In this document: positions 45,276-55,800 of the stretch, piece after piece
Numbering within the stretch: the first letter of the stretch is position 1
Layout of the letters: every line of letters starts with the position of its first letter
DNA from: Candidatus Poribacteria bacterium
GTDB lineage: Bacteria > Poribacteria > WGA-4E > PCPOR2b
Direction: 5' to 3'
Assembly (NCBI GenBank): GCA_022822005.1
Contig: JAJECO010000095.1
Coordinates: 360 to 64,359 of the forward strand
Length of the DNA: 64,000 nt
Notes under the pieces: generated by a model
The model's input: the letters and a program-made list of their open reading frames with translations, nothing else
What the model was told of the DNA's origin: nothing
The model's database searches: none
Translations under genes and position numbers: made by a program

Positions 45276-47834
45276 ATGAAAACAGCACAATGCCTCATGA
45301 TCATCCTGTTCTTTTTCGGGATGCTCGCGCTCTCACCAAGCATCTACAGCCAAGATTACACCAAATGGGGTTTGCCTGAAGATGCAAAAGCACGTTTGGG
45401 CAAGGGGTGGATAGCCGGGGAGATAGCGTATTCCCCCGATGGCAGTCGTCTAGCGGTTATAAGTTCTATCGGGATTTGGATGTACGATGCCAATACTGGC
45501 ACAGAGCTTAACCTCCTTGCAGTACCAACCTCAGTCTCAAATGTGGCGTTCAGTCCGGATGGTAACACGCTTGCAACCGGGAGTTGGGACGACAGCATGG
45601 TGCGACTGTGGGATGTGCGGACAGGTCAGTCCACAGCAACCTTTACAGGACATACGTCTTGGGTCGCCAGTGTCGCGTTCAGTTCAGATGGTAACACGCT
45701 CGCAAGCGGGAGCGAGGATCAAACGATACGTTTGTGGGATGTTGCTACAAGGCAACTCAAAAAGACCCTTATAGATGATCCGGGGGATGTGAGTTGTGTT
45801 GCTTTTAGTCCGACTGGTACTACACTCGCAAGTGGGAATTGGGAAAAAACAGCACATCTGTGGGATGTCACGACTAGGCAACTCAAAGCCACCCTTGTAG
45901 GACATGAAGACGCCCTCCTCAGCGTAGCGTTCAGTCCAGATGGAACCACGTTGGCAACTGCAAGTTACGATCAGACGGTCAGCCTGTGGGATGCAGAGAC
46001 GGGTCAGCACAAAACCACTCTCATGGGGCATCAGAGTCCGGTTTTCAGTGTAGCATTTAGTCCGGATAGCACCACACTCGCAAGTGGAAGTTATGACGGC
46101 ACGGTGCGGTTGTGGGACGCAGATACAGGTCAGCACAGAGCCATCCTTGCTGGGCATGGAGACATTGTCAGCAGTGTGGCGTTCAGTCCGGATGGTAGGA
46201 CACTGGCAAGTGGGAGTTGGGACAACACCGTGTGGCTGCGGGATACCTCCACGTGGAAACCGAAAACTATCCTCAGAGAGTATACAGACCGTGTCAACAG
46301 TGTGGCGTTCAGTTCTGATGGCAGGACGCTGGCAACCGGGGGAGGTTGGCCAAACAGCAGAGTACGGTTGTGGGACGCAGATACAGGTCGACATAAAGCC
46401 ACCCTCGGAGGGCATTCAGAAGGCGTCAGTACGGTAGCGTTCAGTCCTGATAGGGCCACGCTAGCAACTGCGGGTTCCGACAACACAATACGATTGTGGG
46501 ACACAAGTACGGGGCAATTCAAGACCGCCCTCGTGGGACACACGGATTCTATTATAAGTATAGCATTCAGCCCTGATGGTAGGGCACTGGCAAGCGGAGG
46601 AGGTAGGCAAGGTAACTCGCATGGAAGTGGGGGGCAAGATACCGCGGTGCGAGTGTGGGATGTTGAAACGGGCAGACTCAAAGCCACGCTTACCGGGGAC
46701 GCGGACAGTGTTAGAGCGATAGCGTTTAGCCCGGACGGTAAGACACTCGCAAGCGGGAGTAGGTATAACGAGGTAGAGCTATGGGATGTTGCCACAGAAC
46801 GACTTATAGTCACACTGAAGGGATATGCGGGTTACGTCAACTGCGTCGCATTCAGTCCGGACGGCACCACATTCGCCAGTGGAACTGGGAATTCACGTGT
46901 AGATGGCACGGTACAGGTGTGGGATATTGCCACATGGATGCTCAAAGCCAATTTCAGTGGAGTGACACGTAGTGTCAGAAGTATTGCATTCAGCCCGGAT
47001 GGTAGTACGATAGCGGGTGGAGGTGGAGATGGCACGGTGCAACTGTGGAATATGGACACGAGACAACCCATAGCTACCTTCAACGGTCATACAGACGATG
47101 TCCTAAGTCTCGCGTTCAGTTCGGATGGGAGTACGCTCGCAAGTGGAAGTGAAGATGGCACAGTCCTCCTATGGGACCTTGCGCCTCCAACGGACACGGT
47201 GCCACAGATCCCCACCTATGACATGAATCAGGATGGCATTGTCAATCTCGTTGACTTGGCAGCTGTCGGAGAACTGTTTGGAAAAACAGGAGAAGGGCTG
47301 TTGGCAGATATCAATGGGGATGGCGTGGTCAACATTCTCGATCTGGTCACAGTCAGCGCACACCTCGATGAAACAGCAGTGCCTGCAGCACCTGTAGTCC
47401 GCAGCAGACAGCAGATTGGTGCCGTCACTCCTACAACGATTCAGGCGTGGATTTCCATGGCGCACACGGCAGATGATGGCTCACTCGCGTTTCGGCATGG
47501 TATTGCTAACCTTGAAGCACTGTTAGCTACACTCACCCCCGACGTAACGGTGCTGCTCGCAAACTACCCCAATCCGTTCAACCCAGAGACGTGGATACCG
47601 TATCGCCTCGCCAAACCCACTGATGTGACACTCACGATTTATGATATAAGAGGTGCGTTGGTGCGCCGGTTTGATTTGGGATATCAGCGTGCAGGGTATT
47701 ACATGAGTCGGGCAAGAGCAGTGCATTGGGCTGGTCGTAACAACAGCGGAGAATCGGTGGCAAGTGGGATCTATTTCTATCAACTCCACACAGATGATTA
47801 CACTTCGTTACGGCGGATGGTAATCCTCAAGTAA
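45276..47834 (+). CDS. Secreted WD40-repeat protein B' (paralogue of 40012)
   Basis: QDYT.W.LPE.AKARLGKG.I.GEIAYSPDGSRLAV shared with gene B; 183-nt block with 4 mismatches to gene B. Confidence 0.9.
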   Translation: MKTAQCLMIILFFFGMLALSPSIYSQDYTKWGLPEDAKARLGKGWIAGEIAYSPDGSRLAVISSIGIWMYDANTGTELNLLAVPTSVSNVAFSPDGNTLATGSWDDSMVRLWDVRTGQSTATFTGHTSWVASVAFSSDGNTLASGSEDQTIRLWDVATRQLKKTLIDDPGDVSCVAFSPTGTTLASGNWEKTAHLWDVTTRQLKATLVGHEDALLSVAFSPDGTTLATASYDQTVSLWDAETGQHKTTLMGHQSPVFSVAFSPDSTTLASGSYDGTVRLWDADTGQHRAILAGHGDIVSSVAFSPDGRTLASGSWDNTVWLRDTSTWKPKTILREYTDRVNSVAFSSDGRTLATGGGWPNSRVRLWDADTGRHKATLGGHSEGVSTVAFSPDRATLATAGSDNTIRLWDTSTGQFKTALVGHTDSIISIAFSPDGRALASGGGRQGNSHGSGGQDTAVRVWDVETGRLKATLTGDADSVRAIAFSPDGKTLASGSRYNEVELWDVATERLIVTLKGYAGYVNCVAFSPDGTTFASGTGNSRVDGTVQVWDIATWMLKANFSGVTRSVRSIAFSPDGSTIAGGGGDGTVQLWNMDTRQPIATFNGHTDDVLSLAFSSDGSTLASGSEDGTVLLWDLAPPTDTVPQIPTYDMNQDGIVNLVDLAAVGELFGKTGEGLLADINGDGVVNILDLVTVSAHLDETAVPAAPVVRSRQQIGAVTPTTIQAWISMAHTADDGSLAFRHGIANLEALLATLTPDVTVLLANYPNPFNPETWIPYRLAKPTDVTLTIYDIRGALVRRFDLGYQRAGYYMSRARAVHWAGRNNSGESVASGIYFYQLHTDDYTSLRRMVILK

Positions 47835-48195
47835 CCCTCCCAACTTTTATGCTAACTGCTAACCTTCCCACCAAATATGCCTAAAGTAGTAGGCCACTCC
47901 GTCATGATTTACCTAACGCGCAAGTTGGGTTGAACAGAAACCGTGAAACCTAACTCTTGATAACCAACACGTTGACTACTAAGGCACGACTTCACTCCCT
48001 CTATCCTGACAACTTTTGAACCGTAAGAATCCACGGTTCTGAGAAATCAGCCCTTCAGCCTATCAGTACAAAATGCATTAATGAACCAGTTCAACTTACC
48101 TCCGGCGATCCATTATTGATTGGACAGCCCCCCTACGGTAATTGACGCGGGGAGATACCAATCGGCTTGAGCATACTTCCGTTCTCTTGCTGCGA

Positions 48196-48329
48196 TGTGA
48201 GTAGGGCTATTCAGTTTTAGGATTTTTAGCCGTTTTGTTTGAAAAGTCGGAGCTGGGAAGTCGCTCATAGAGCGACGTGTCGGGATTGGGAAATCCCTCC
48301 CCGATAAATCGGGATGCAAGCACCTACAG
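48196..48329. repeat. Second copy of the ~110-bp dispersed repeat, with a 24-nt palindromic insert
   Basis: Aligns to 21398-21506; insert ccccgataaatcgggatgcaagca before cctacag. Confidence 0.7.
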
Positions 48330-48504
48330 AAAAACTACATGACCCTAAGTGATGTGAGTTTATCCTCTACCCAACAGACCAATTGTGTGATAAAATCTTT
48401 TAAGGTGGAGAATCAGTGGCAAGTGGAGCCTATTTCTATCAGTTCCGTGTGCGGGTTGATACAGCATTACGGCGAATGGTGATTCTAAAATAAAGGAGGC
48501 AACT

Positions 48505-50370
48505 ATGAAGACTCGAAAATTGACAATGGGGCAAGCAGTCGTTGAATTTCTCAAAAATCAATATGTTGAGCGGGATGGCGTCGAACATCAATTTTTCGCG
48601 GGTATGTTCGGCATCTTTGGACACGGCAATGTTGCTGGGGTCGGTCAGGCGTTGCATCAATACGCGGACTCATTTCGGTTCTATCAGACCCGCAACGAGC
48701 AGGCAATGGTGCATACGGCTGCAGCGTTCGCAAAGATGAATAACCGTCTACGCACCTTTGCGTGCACGTCTTCGATTGGGCCCGGGGCAACCAATATGGT
48801 TACCGCGGCTGCTGGTGCGACAATCAATCGGATACCTGTGCTGCTACTACCCGGCGATATTTTCTCAACACGGCTTGTGGCACCCGTTCTACAGCAGCTT
48901 GAATCACCCAGTTCGCAGGATATATCGGTGAACGATTGCTTCAAACCGATTTCGCGTTATTGGGACAGAATCAACCGCCCGGAACAGATTATCACTGCAT
49001 TGCCGGAGGCGATGCGTGTGCTGACATCGCCAGCGGAAACAGGCGTTGTTACGGTGGCGCTGCCGCAGGATGTGCAAGCTGAAGCGTATGACTATCCGTC
49101 GGCCCTGTTTGAGAAACGGGTTCAGGCGATTCCACGTCCACGCGCCGACATCAAGGCACTAAAACAAGCCGCTGAATGGATTCGCGCCAGCAAACGGCCA
49201 CTTATCATCGCTGGCGGTGGCGTAAAATACAGCGAGGCAACCGATTCGCTCGCTCACTTCGCTGAACAGACTGGCATCCCTGTTGCCGAAACATTTGCGG
49301 GCAAAGGTTCGCTCCGCTACGATCACCCACAATGTTTGGGTGGGATGGGCGTCTCTGGAACCCTAAGTGCGAACACCATCGCGCGTGATTCGGACCTTAT
49401 CATCGTGGTAGGTTCGCGCCTGAGCGATTTCATAACAGCTTCAAAGACAGCATTTCAAGATCCGGAGGTACGCTTTATTAGCATCAATGTGGCAGAGTTT
49501 GACACTGCCAAGCATGCGGCGTTACCGCTGACCGCAGATGCGCGTGTAACACTTGAAGAACTTAGTGATGCTGTTCGAGGATATCATGTTAATTCGGACT
49601 ACGCCGCCCAAATTTCTAAATTACGCGAGGCGTGGGACGCTGAAGTGGACAGGATCTATCACCCAGATCACAGCGAGACTCTGAGTCAAGGGGAAGTGAT
49701 TGGGGTAGTGAACGAGTTCTCGGATCCGAAGGATGTGCTCATCGGTGCAGCGGGCAGCCTACCGGGCGATGTCCAGAAGCTGTGGCGCACCCGGGATCCC
49801 AAGGGATATGATGTGGAATTCGGTTATTCGTGCATGGGCTACGAGGTCGCAGGCGGGTTAGGCATTAAGATGGCAGATCCGAGCCGCGAGGTTTATGTAT
49901 TGGTCGGTGATGGTTCTTACCTACTGATGGGACAGGAGATTATGACAGCAGTTCAGGAAGGGTATAAGCTGACCATAGTGCTGGTGAATAATTACGGTCA
50001 CAGCAGCATCGGTGGGCTTTCCGAGGCGACTGGAGCACAGGGCTTCGGAACAAAATTCCTGTACCGTAACGCCGCCACGGGCCAACTTGACGGTGAAGTG
50101 TTACCGGTAGACTTGGTTACGAACGCCACAAGCCTTGGCGCACACGTCATCGAAGTAGACTCAGCAACAAGTCTGAAAACGGCACTCGGAGAAGCGAAAG
50201 CATCAGATCGCACAACGGTAATCAAGGTTGACGTCGATTTTGGGAAGCGCGTCCCCGGTTACGAATCGTGGTGGGATGTGCCCATCGCCGAAGTCTCTGA
50301 GGTGGACACCGTGCAACAAGCGTACGAGGAATATGAAACTGCCAAGCAGAAAGAACGTTATTTTCTGTAA
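48505..50370 (+). CDS. iolD: 3D-(3,5/4)-trihydroxycyclohexane-1,2-dione acylhydrolase
   Basis: LTMGQAVVEFL, GIFGHGNVAG.GQAL, RNEQAMVH.A, TSSIGPGATN, EFGYSCMGYE, GDGSYL, ESWWDVP. Confidence 0.96.
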   Translation: MKTRKLTMGQAVVEFLKNQYVERDGVEHQFFAGMFGIFGHGNVAGVGQALHQYADSFRFYQTRNEQAMVHTAAAFAKMNNRLRTFACTSSIGPGATNMVTAAAGATINRIPVLLLPGDIFSTRLVAPVLQQLESPSSQDISVNDCFKPISRYWDRINRPEQIITALPEAMRVLTSPAETGVVTVALPQDVQAEAYDYPSALFEKRVQAIPRPRADIKALKQAAEWIRASKRPLIIAGGGVKYSEATDSLAHFAEQTGIPVAETFAGKGSLRYDHPQCLGGMGVSGTLSANTIARDSDLIIVVGSRLSDFITASKTAFQDPEVRFISINVAEFDTAKHAALPLTADARVTLEELSDAVRGYHVNSDYAAQISKLREAWDAEVDRIYHPDHSETLSQGEVIGVVNEFSDPKDVLIGAAGSLPGDVQKLWRTRDPKGYDVEFGYSCMGYEVAGGLGIKMADPSREVYVLVGDGSYLLMGQEIMTAVQEGYKLTIVLVNNYGHSSIGGLSEATGAQGFGTKFLYRNAATGQLDGEVLPVDLVTNATSLGAHVIEVDSATSLKTALGEAKASDRTTVIKVDVDFGKRVPGYESWWDVPIAEVSEVDTVQQAYEEYETAKQKERYFL

Positions 50371-50374
50371 AGCA

Positions 50375-50451
50375 AGTTGAGATTCATATCTCAACTCTCA
50401 AGCGTCGATTTTGGAAAATCGACCTACGGACCAGTGTAGGGGCAGGTCTTG
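50375..50451. repeat. REP cluster after iolD
   Basis: agttgagattcatatctcaact; gtcgattttggaaaatcgacctac; gtaggggcaggtcttg. Confidence 0.65.
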
Positions 50452-50725
50452 CACCGGTTCAAAACGCACATAACCTCCAGACCATAGAGTAACCACAGCA
50501 AGGATAGCACTCGGAACAGTGCTACAGGATAAACCACCTTTATGGGGCATTACCTGTATTACCGCCATAGTGATTATTACTATCGTCGATTGGAAACAGT
50601 TGACAGATAGAGTTGTTACTCTGTTCCGAACCACAGGGGGGAAATGCCCCCCGTCATAACACAATTTTTGAGTTAGGATAAGGTTTAAACCTGTCCCGGC
50701 TCTATACCATAGGGAGATTTTACCC

Positions 50726-51649
50726 ATGAAAGTTAAATTTATCTACCCGTTCGTCTGTATAATAATATTGTTGAGTGGGTGCGCTGCAGATGAGGGCACG
50801 AAGCCAGAAGAAGAGACTGGGCTTACCGCTGCAGAATTGACACCGCTCCTGAACACCCAAGCAGGCATTGATTTTGTCGCATCCCCGCGAGATGTGAATC
50901 AAGATGGGGAGATAAACCTGTTCGATTTGGTGATAGTAGCAGGTAGTTTGGGAGACGATGTGCAGGTTTCGGTTGAACCAGAAGAGCGTACCATAGAGGT
51001 CATCAATAGAGAGAAAACAGAAAAAACGGTTCGAGTGAGCGGGACCGGTATAGTCGCAGGGGACCCCGATTTGGTTGTGCTAAGTATCGGAGTTTCGGTG
51101 GAAAGGGACTCTGTGAAGCAGGCACGGACAGAAGCCGCTGAAGCGATGGCGGGAGTGATCGAATCACTAAAAAGCAACGGTCTCCTTGATGAAGATATTC
51201 AGACACAGCATTTCAGCATTCACCAACAATATGACTACAGCAAAGGTCGGCGAGAGTTTCGGGGATATAACGTGACAAATACCGTCTCTGCGAAGATCCG
51301 TGATTTGGATACTGTTGGGAATGTGATTGACGATGCGGCGGAAGCCGGCGGGGATTTGGTGGAGATCAACTCGATTCAGTTCACAATCGACGATCCGACC
51401 AGCTTAAAGATGCAGGCTCGCGTGGCGGCGATGGGGGACGCACAGACAAAAGCACAGACGTTAGCAACCGAAGGCGGGGTCACGCTTGGGAAGCCGATCT
51501 CTATCTCCGAGTCAGGGGATTATTATCCCCCGGTCCCTGTCAATCTCGAATTCGCATTTGCTGCTGACGCAGCAGCGGTAGAAACTCCCATCCAATCTGG
51601 TCAACTTCAGATTACGGTAACGGTGAATGTCGTCTACGAGATTGAATGA
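50726..51649 (+). CDS. SIMPL (DUF541) lipoprotein with one dockerin-like EF-hand motif
   Basis: Lipobox LLSGC; DVNQDGEINLFDL; VSGTG.V...PD..V..IGV, IQTQ.FSI.QQYDY, ARVAAMGDAQTKAQTLA. Confidence 0.85.
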   Translation: MKVKFIYPFVCIIILLSGCAADEGTKPEEETGLTAAELTPLLNTQAGIDFVASPRDVNQDGEINLFDLVIVAGSLGDDVQVSVEPEERTIEVINREKTEKTVRVSGTGIVAGDPDLVVLSIGVSVERDSVKQARTEAAEAMAGVIESLKSNGLLDEDIQTQHFSIHQQYDYSKGRREFRGYNVTNTVSAKIRDLDTVGNVIDDAAEAGGDLVEINSIQFTIDDPTSLKMQARVAAMGDAQTKAQTLATEGGVTLGKPISISESGDYYPPVPVNLEFAFAADAAAVETPIQSGQLQITVTVNVVYEIE

Positions 51650-51650
51650 T

Positions 51651-52001
51651 TTATACGTTACCAAATGTTGTCGCAGTCTGCTCTGATTCAGGAGCAGACT
51701 TAGCTTCGACAGCTTTTTCTAGCTCCTCAATCATGCGATGAATCGATTGTTGGAACCGTTTCTGATCTTCGCACATCTGCGCCGCAATTTGTAACGCGAC
51801 CATGATTGCGATATCGAACTTCTCGCGGGAGGTTTTTCGACTCATCTCATGCAGCCGCGCATCCACGTAAGCAGCCAACTCACGTATCTCTTCAGCTTGC
51901 AAATGTTCAGTTGGCTGTATAAGATATTGAGAATGAAAAATGTCCACCTTAATTGGTGCTGAGGACGTGGTTGTTGGAGAAAAAGAATTTTCGATACTCA
52001 T
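51651..52001 (-). CDS. zapA: Cell division protein ZapA
   Basis: ATG 52001 after GAGAGG; VDIFHSQYLI, LAAYVDARL.E.S, IAIMVALQIA. Confidence 0.75.
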   Translation of the reverse strand: MSIENSFSPTTTSSAPIKVDIFHSQYLIQPTEHLQAEEIRELAAYVDARLHEMSRKTSREKFDIAIMVALQIAAQMCEDQKRFQQSIHRMIEELEKAVEAKSAPESEQTATTFGNV

Positions 52002-52011
52002 AATTAACCTC

Positions 52012-52872
52012 TCACTTCTGATCAAAGGCACCCTGGAGTGCTTGCCGCATGACCTCAACAGGCGGATTGATGCCGGTCCATTTCTCAAAGGCAATTGCCC
52101 CTTGATGAACGAGCATACCTAAACCACCGACTGTGTGACAGTCCTTCTCCGCTGCAGCTTGCAAAAGACGTGTTTCCGGAGGCGTGTAGACAATATCGTA
52201 AACGATGGATTGTGGTTCTAACCATTCAGGATCAATCAACAACGGGTGTGAAACATCCATACTGGTGGAAGCTGTATTGACGATTAACTGACTCGTTCCT
52301 ACAGCGTGTGGCAGCTTAGGATCATCAAGCCCTATTCCGTAGATTGATACGCCTGTTTTATCTGAAAGATCCGTGGCAAGTGCAACAGCTCGGGAAACCG
52401 TCCGATTTGTGATACAAATCGTTTGCACCCCGGCGAGGGCAAGCGCAACAACAATTGCCCGCGCTGACCCACCTGCTCCAATAACGACAGCCGAACCCCC
52501 TTGCGGAACATCGAGTCCATCTTCCTGCATCGCGTGTAAGAAGCCGGGGGCGTCGGTATTCTCGCCGATGATTGCTCCATCTTTGAAAATCAACGTATTA
52601 ACAGCACCGATGAGAGTGGCTTCCCTCGATATCTCATCAAGGTACGACATCACGTTTTGCTTGTGCGGAATCGTAACGTTAATGCCGACTACATTGGTTG
52701 CCTTAAATCCCTCGATTGCCCCACCTAAACCGTCAGGCTGAACGTGAAACGGCACATAGATGTAGTCCAACCCCAGTGCGGCAATTGCTGCGTTATGTAT
52801 CTGCGGAGAGCGGCTATGCTTGATTGGGTCACCGATAATGCCGACGATTTTCGTTTGACCTGTGATTTGCAT
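52012..52872 (-). CDS. aroE: Shikimate dehydrogenase
   Basis: IGDPIKHSRSPQIHN, NVTIPHK, GAVNT, NTDAPG, GAGGSARA, YDIVYTP.ET, GMLVHQGA. Confidence 0.95.
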   Translation of the reverse strand: MQITGQTKIVGIIGDPIKHSRSPQIHNAAIAALGLDYIYVPFHVQPDGLGGAIEGFKATNVVGINVTIPHKQNVMSYLDEISREATLIGAVNTLIFKDGAIIGENTDAPGFLHAMQEDGLDVPQGGSAVVIGAGGSARAIVVALALAGVQTICITNRTVSRAVALATDLSDKTGVSIYGIGLDDPKLPHAVGTSQLIVNTASTSMDVSHPLLIDPEWLEPQSIVYDIVYTPPETRLLQAAAEKDCHTVGGLGMLVHQGAIAFEKWTGINPPVEVMRQALQGAFDQK

Positions 52873-52898
52873 GGTGAGTAAAGTGGAACGTGAAAACT

Positions 52899-55800
52899 TT
52901 AAGCGTTACCCAATAGTTCTTTGACCTTTTTTCTGGCGCTTTCCATCTTTGGATAACGCACTTCTCGATATCCACGCACCTCTTCAGGGACTTCTATCGC
53001 ACTGACATGGCTTTCATAGCTCTCTCTATCGTGTGGCACAAAGGTATCAATCACTTCAGTGATATACCAATCACGGAATACTTTTTCGAGTTTGTGCCAT
53101 TGCGATAGCAAACGTCTGAGAAACCTCATCCGTTTCATTAAATTTAGTTGCCAGTTTTTGGTATTCATGTCCCATTGAACATCCCGCCCCATAATAGTGA
53201 AACGGGGACGGTTGAGGTGGACGTATTTAATTTTATCCCCATTCGATTCATCAACGCTGTACAGTTCTTTATCACGCCTTAATTTAGTCTTGCGAGTCAG
53301 CAGGTGAGCTACATATACCTCGTCCTTGATGAGCATCACCTTATACAGATATTTGACAGCAGCTTTCGTCGCACGGTAGTCCATTGCGGACAAGTCTTTG
53401 GAATAGATTTGTTTAACCTTTTCAACGTACAGGCGTGCATACTTTACATTCTCGAATTGGATGAGGTCGTACACATGTAAGGCAAACATCCGATTGGTTT
53501 CGTCATCCAGTTCCAGCTTTTCCACCGTCTGCTGAACAAGCACTTCATATTGATGGGCAAGCCTCACCCCCCGCGACTTGCTCGCTAAACTGTCGCATTT
53601 CTCTCGGAGTAGAGTTTTGTATGTCTGCCACTGTGGTGCGGTCGCAAAAGCATCTGGATCTACTGCGAGGCGCCTACCTATATTAAAAGCACGTTGGTTC
53701 GTTTCTAAGTCAGCGGGTCGGACAGCTAATTTTAACGCCGATTGAATAGCTTCGAGTTCGAGTGGCAGATGTCCGCGCTGAAAGGCAACACCAAGCAGCA
53801 TCATATTGGCGTAGAGTTTGTTTCCGAGATGTCGTTCGGAAATCTCGAATAGATCCGCTCCAAAATAAGCACCTGCATCGGTGTAGCGCTGCAACCATTT
53901 TTCCAAATCTGTAATTTTGAAATCGTCCTGACCGATAAGGGTGGTGACCGTATCCGTCTTAGCCGTATTAACGACGGCAACCGTCCGATCGATTGACGCA
54001 ACCCGGAATCCGGCTTTGGAATCGAGACCGCGCACCGCTTCTAACATATCCATGCCGATCAGTAAGTCTGCTTTTCCGTACGGAATAATCGGAGAAAGTT
54101 CTACCGCTGTTTTCGAGTAGATAAGGTTTGTGTAGACCCCTCCGTTGCGGATTGCCAATCCCTTCTTGTCGAAAAACTTGACATGGTACCCTTGCGTCTG
54201 TCCTGCAAGCACCAAAACTTTGGAGATGGTGCCAATCCCCATGCCACCGACGCCTGCGGCATGGACACTCCATATCCCGTCGAATGCACGTGGTGGTGGC
54301 GGTAGGAGTTCCGCGGGATCACCCGACATAACTCCCAGATCCACTTGTTGACGCGGCGGACGCTTGCGGGTGATTGTGACCTCCTCAAAGGAAGGGCACG
54401 CCCACTTGATTCGGGCACAAGCACCATCAGATACACAGTTTGATTGATCTATACCAATCTTCGGTCCGTAGTCTGTTTCGACTATTTTCAATCCGGGACA
54501 TCCCGTTGCATTGGTGCACTCAAGGCAGAATTCACAGACTTCTGGGGTGATATTGATATGTTTTTCGACGGATAAAAAGCCACGTTCTTTAACTGTTTGT
54601 TGACCCTCACGTCGCAGCCGACGGTGGTAAGTAATTCCGCACTCCTTGTCGGCGATGATAATTTTGACACCCGGTTTGAGAACCGTCTCTTCGACCAACC
54701 TCTTGTACTCAAGACGATTCTCTGGATTGGTTCGGATGATAAAGAGCTCCGAATCGCCCGCGAGTCCCTCGACAACCTTCTCTATATCCTGTGCAAAGGT
54801 TGGATTGCCGAGGATATCATCTTCCGTAGAGGGTGTGGGTTGATGCCCTGTCATCCCGGTTGTTTGATTGTCCAAAATGACGTAGGTGAGATCCTGACCA
54901 TTTTTGATTGAATCGGAAATCGCGGACATCCCGCCGTGGAAGAACGTGGAATCGCCCATAAAAACGATCTGTTTATTCCTGATGAATGGATCGATGCCGG
55001 CACCAGCCCCGCCGCCGAGCGCCATTCCAGAAAGATTGTGCATTAGGCGGGGAAACGGTTCGTATTTGAGCATTGAGTAACATCCGATATCTCCATGAAA
55101 GACGAGATCTACCGGAGATTGTGCGTGCTGCCTCTCCATATATTTCGCATCGGTAAACTGATCGGCGATCTCTTTGAAAACGCTCGCAGAATCGCGATGT
55201 GGGCATCCGGGACAGAAAGTAGGCGTTCGGGCGGGAATGTCAACTTGATAGGCGTTGACCTGTTCGAGGCACTGTTCCTCGCGCGTAAGTGCCTCCGGAT
55301 TAACTGCTGTAGATTTGTCTTTCCCCCCAAGCTTATGCCGAAGTAGCGGAATCAGTCGTTCTATCAGTATTGATGGGTTGAGCCCGAGCGAATCAGGGAT
55401 TCCCTCCAAACCGTCTGGAAATTCCTTGCCCCACACCTGCACAAGCCGATCCATTTCGCCATTTTGATAAAACCGGCTGACAATCGCTTTGATATCCTTT
55501 TCGAGTAGTGGACGCTTCTCCTCAACAACGTACATTTCGCGTACATGCGATGCAAATTCGCGCACAATATCTTCATCCACCGGGTGTGTTAATCCAAGTT
55601 TGAGGATCGGAATCTGTCCTTGGAGTTCCAACTCATAAAGCGCATGTTCGAGATAAGCACTCCCTAAGCCGGAGGCTACAAATCCGATATCGTGTTGCGA
55701 TTCATTTAGGTAACAAATCCGATTCAGGTTATGTTCTCGCGCACTCTTAATCGCATTCGGGAAGCGTTCCGTCAAGGTTTCAATTTCAATCCGAGGTGTA

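Noticed and set aside
37443-47834. CRISPR array or toxin repeats; long antisense ORFs (e.g. 40273-41301, 41211-41993, 42745-43698)
   Set aside because: The periodicity is in-frame WD40 coding repeats; the antisense ORFs are shadows of that repetitive codon pattern
50398-50727. 109-aa minus-strand ORF between iolD and SIMPL
   Set aside because: Runs through REP hairpins and the SIMPL RBS; no recognisable family
51640-51660. 6S RNA downstream of zapA
   Set aside because: The zapA stop is 1 nt from the convergent SIMPL stop, leaving no room
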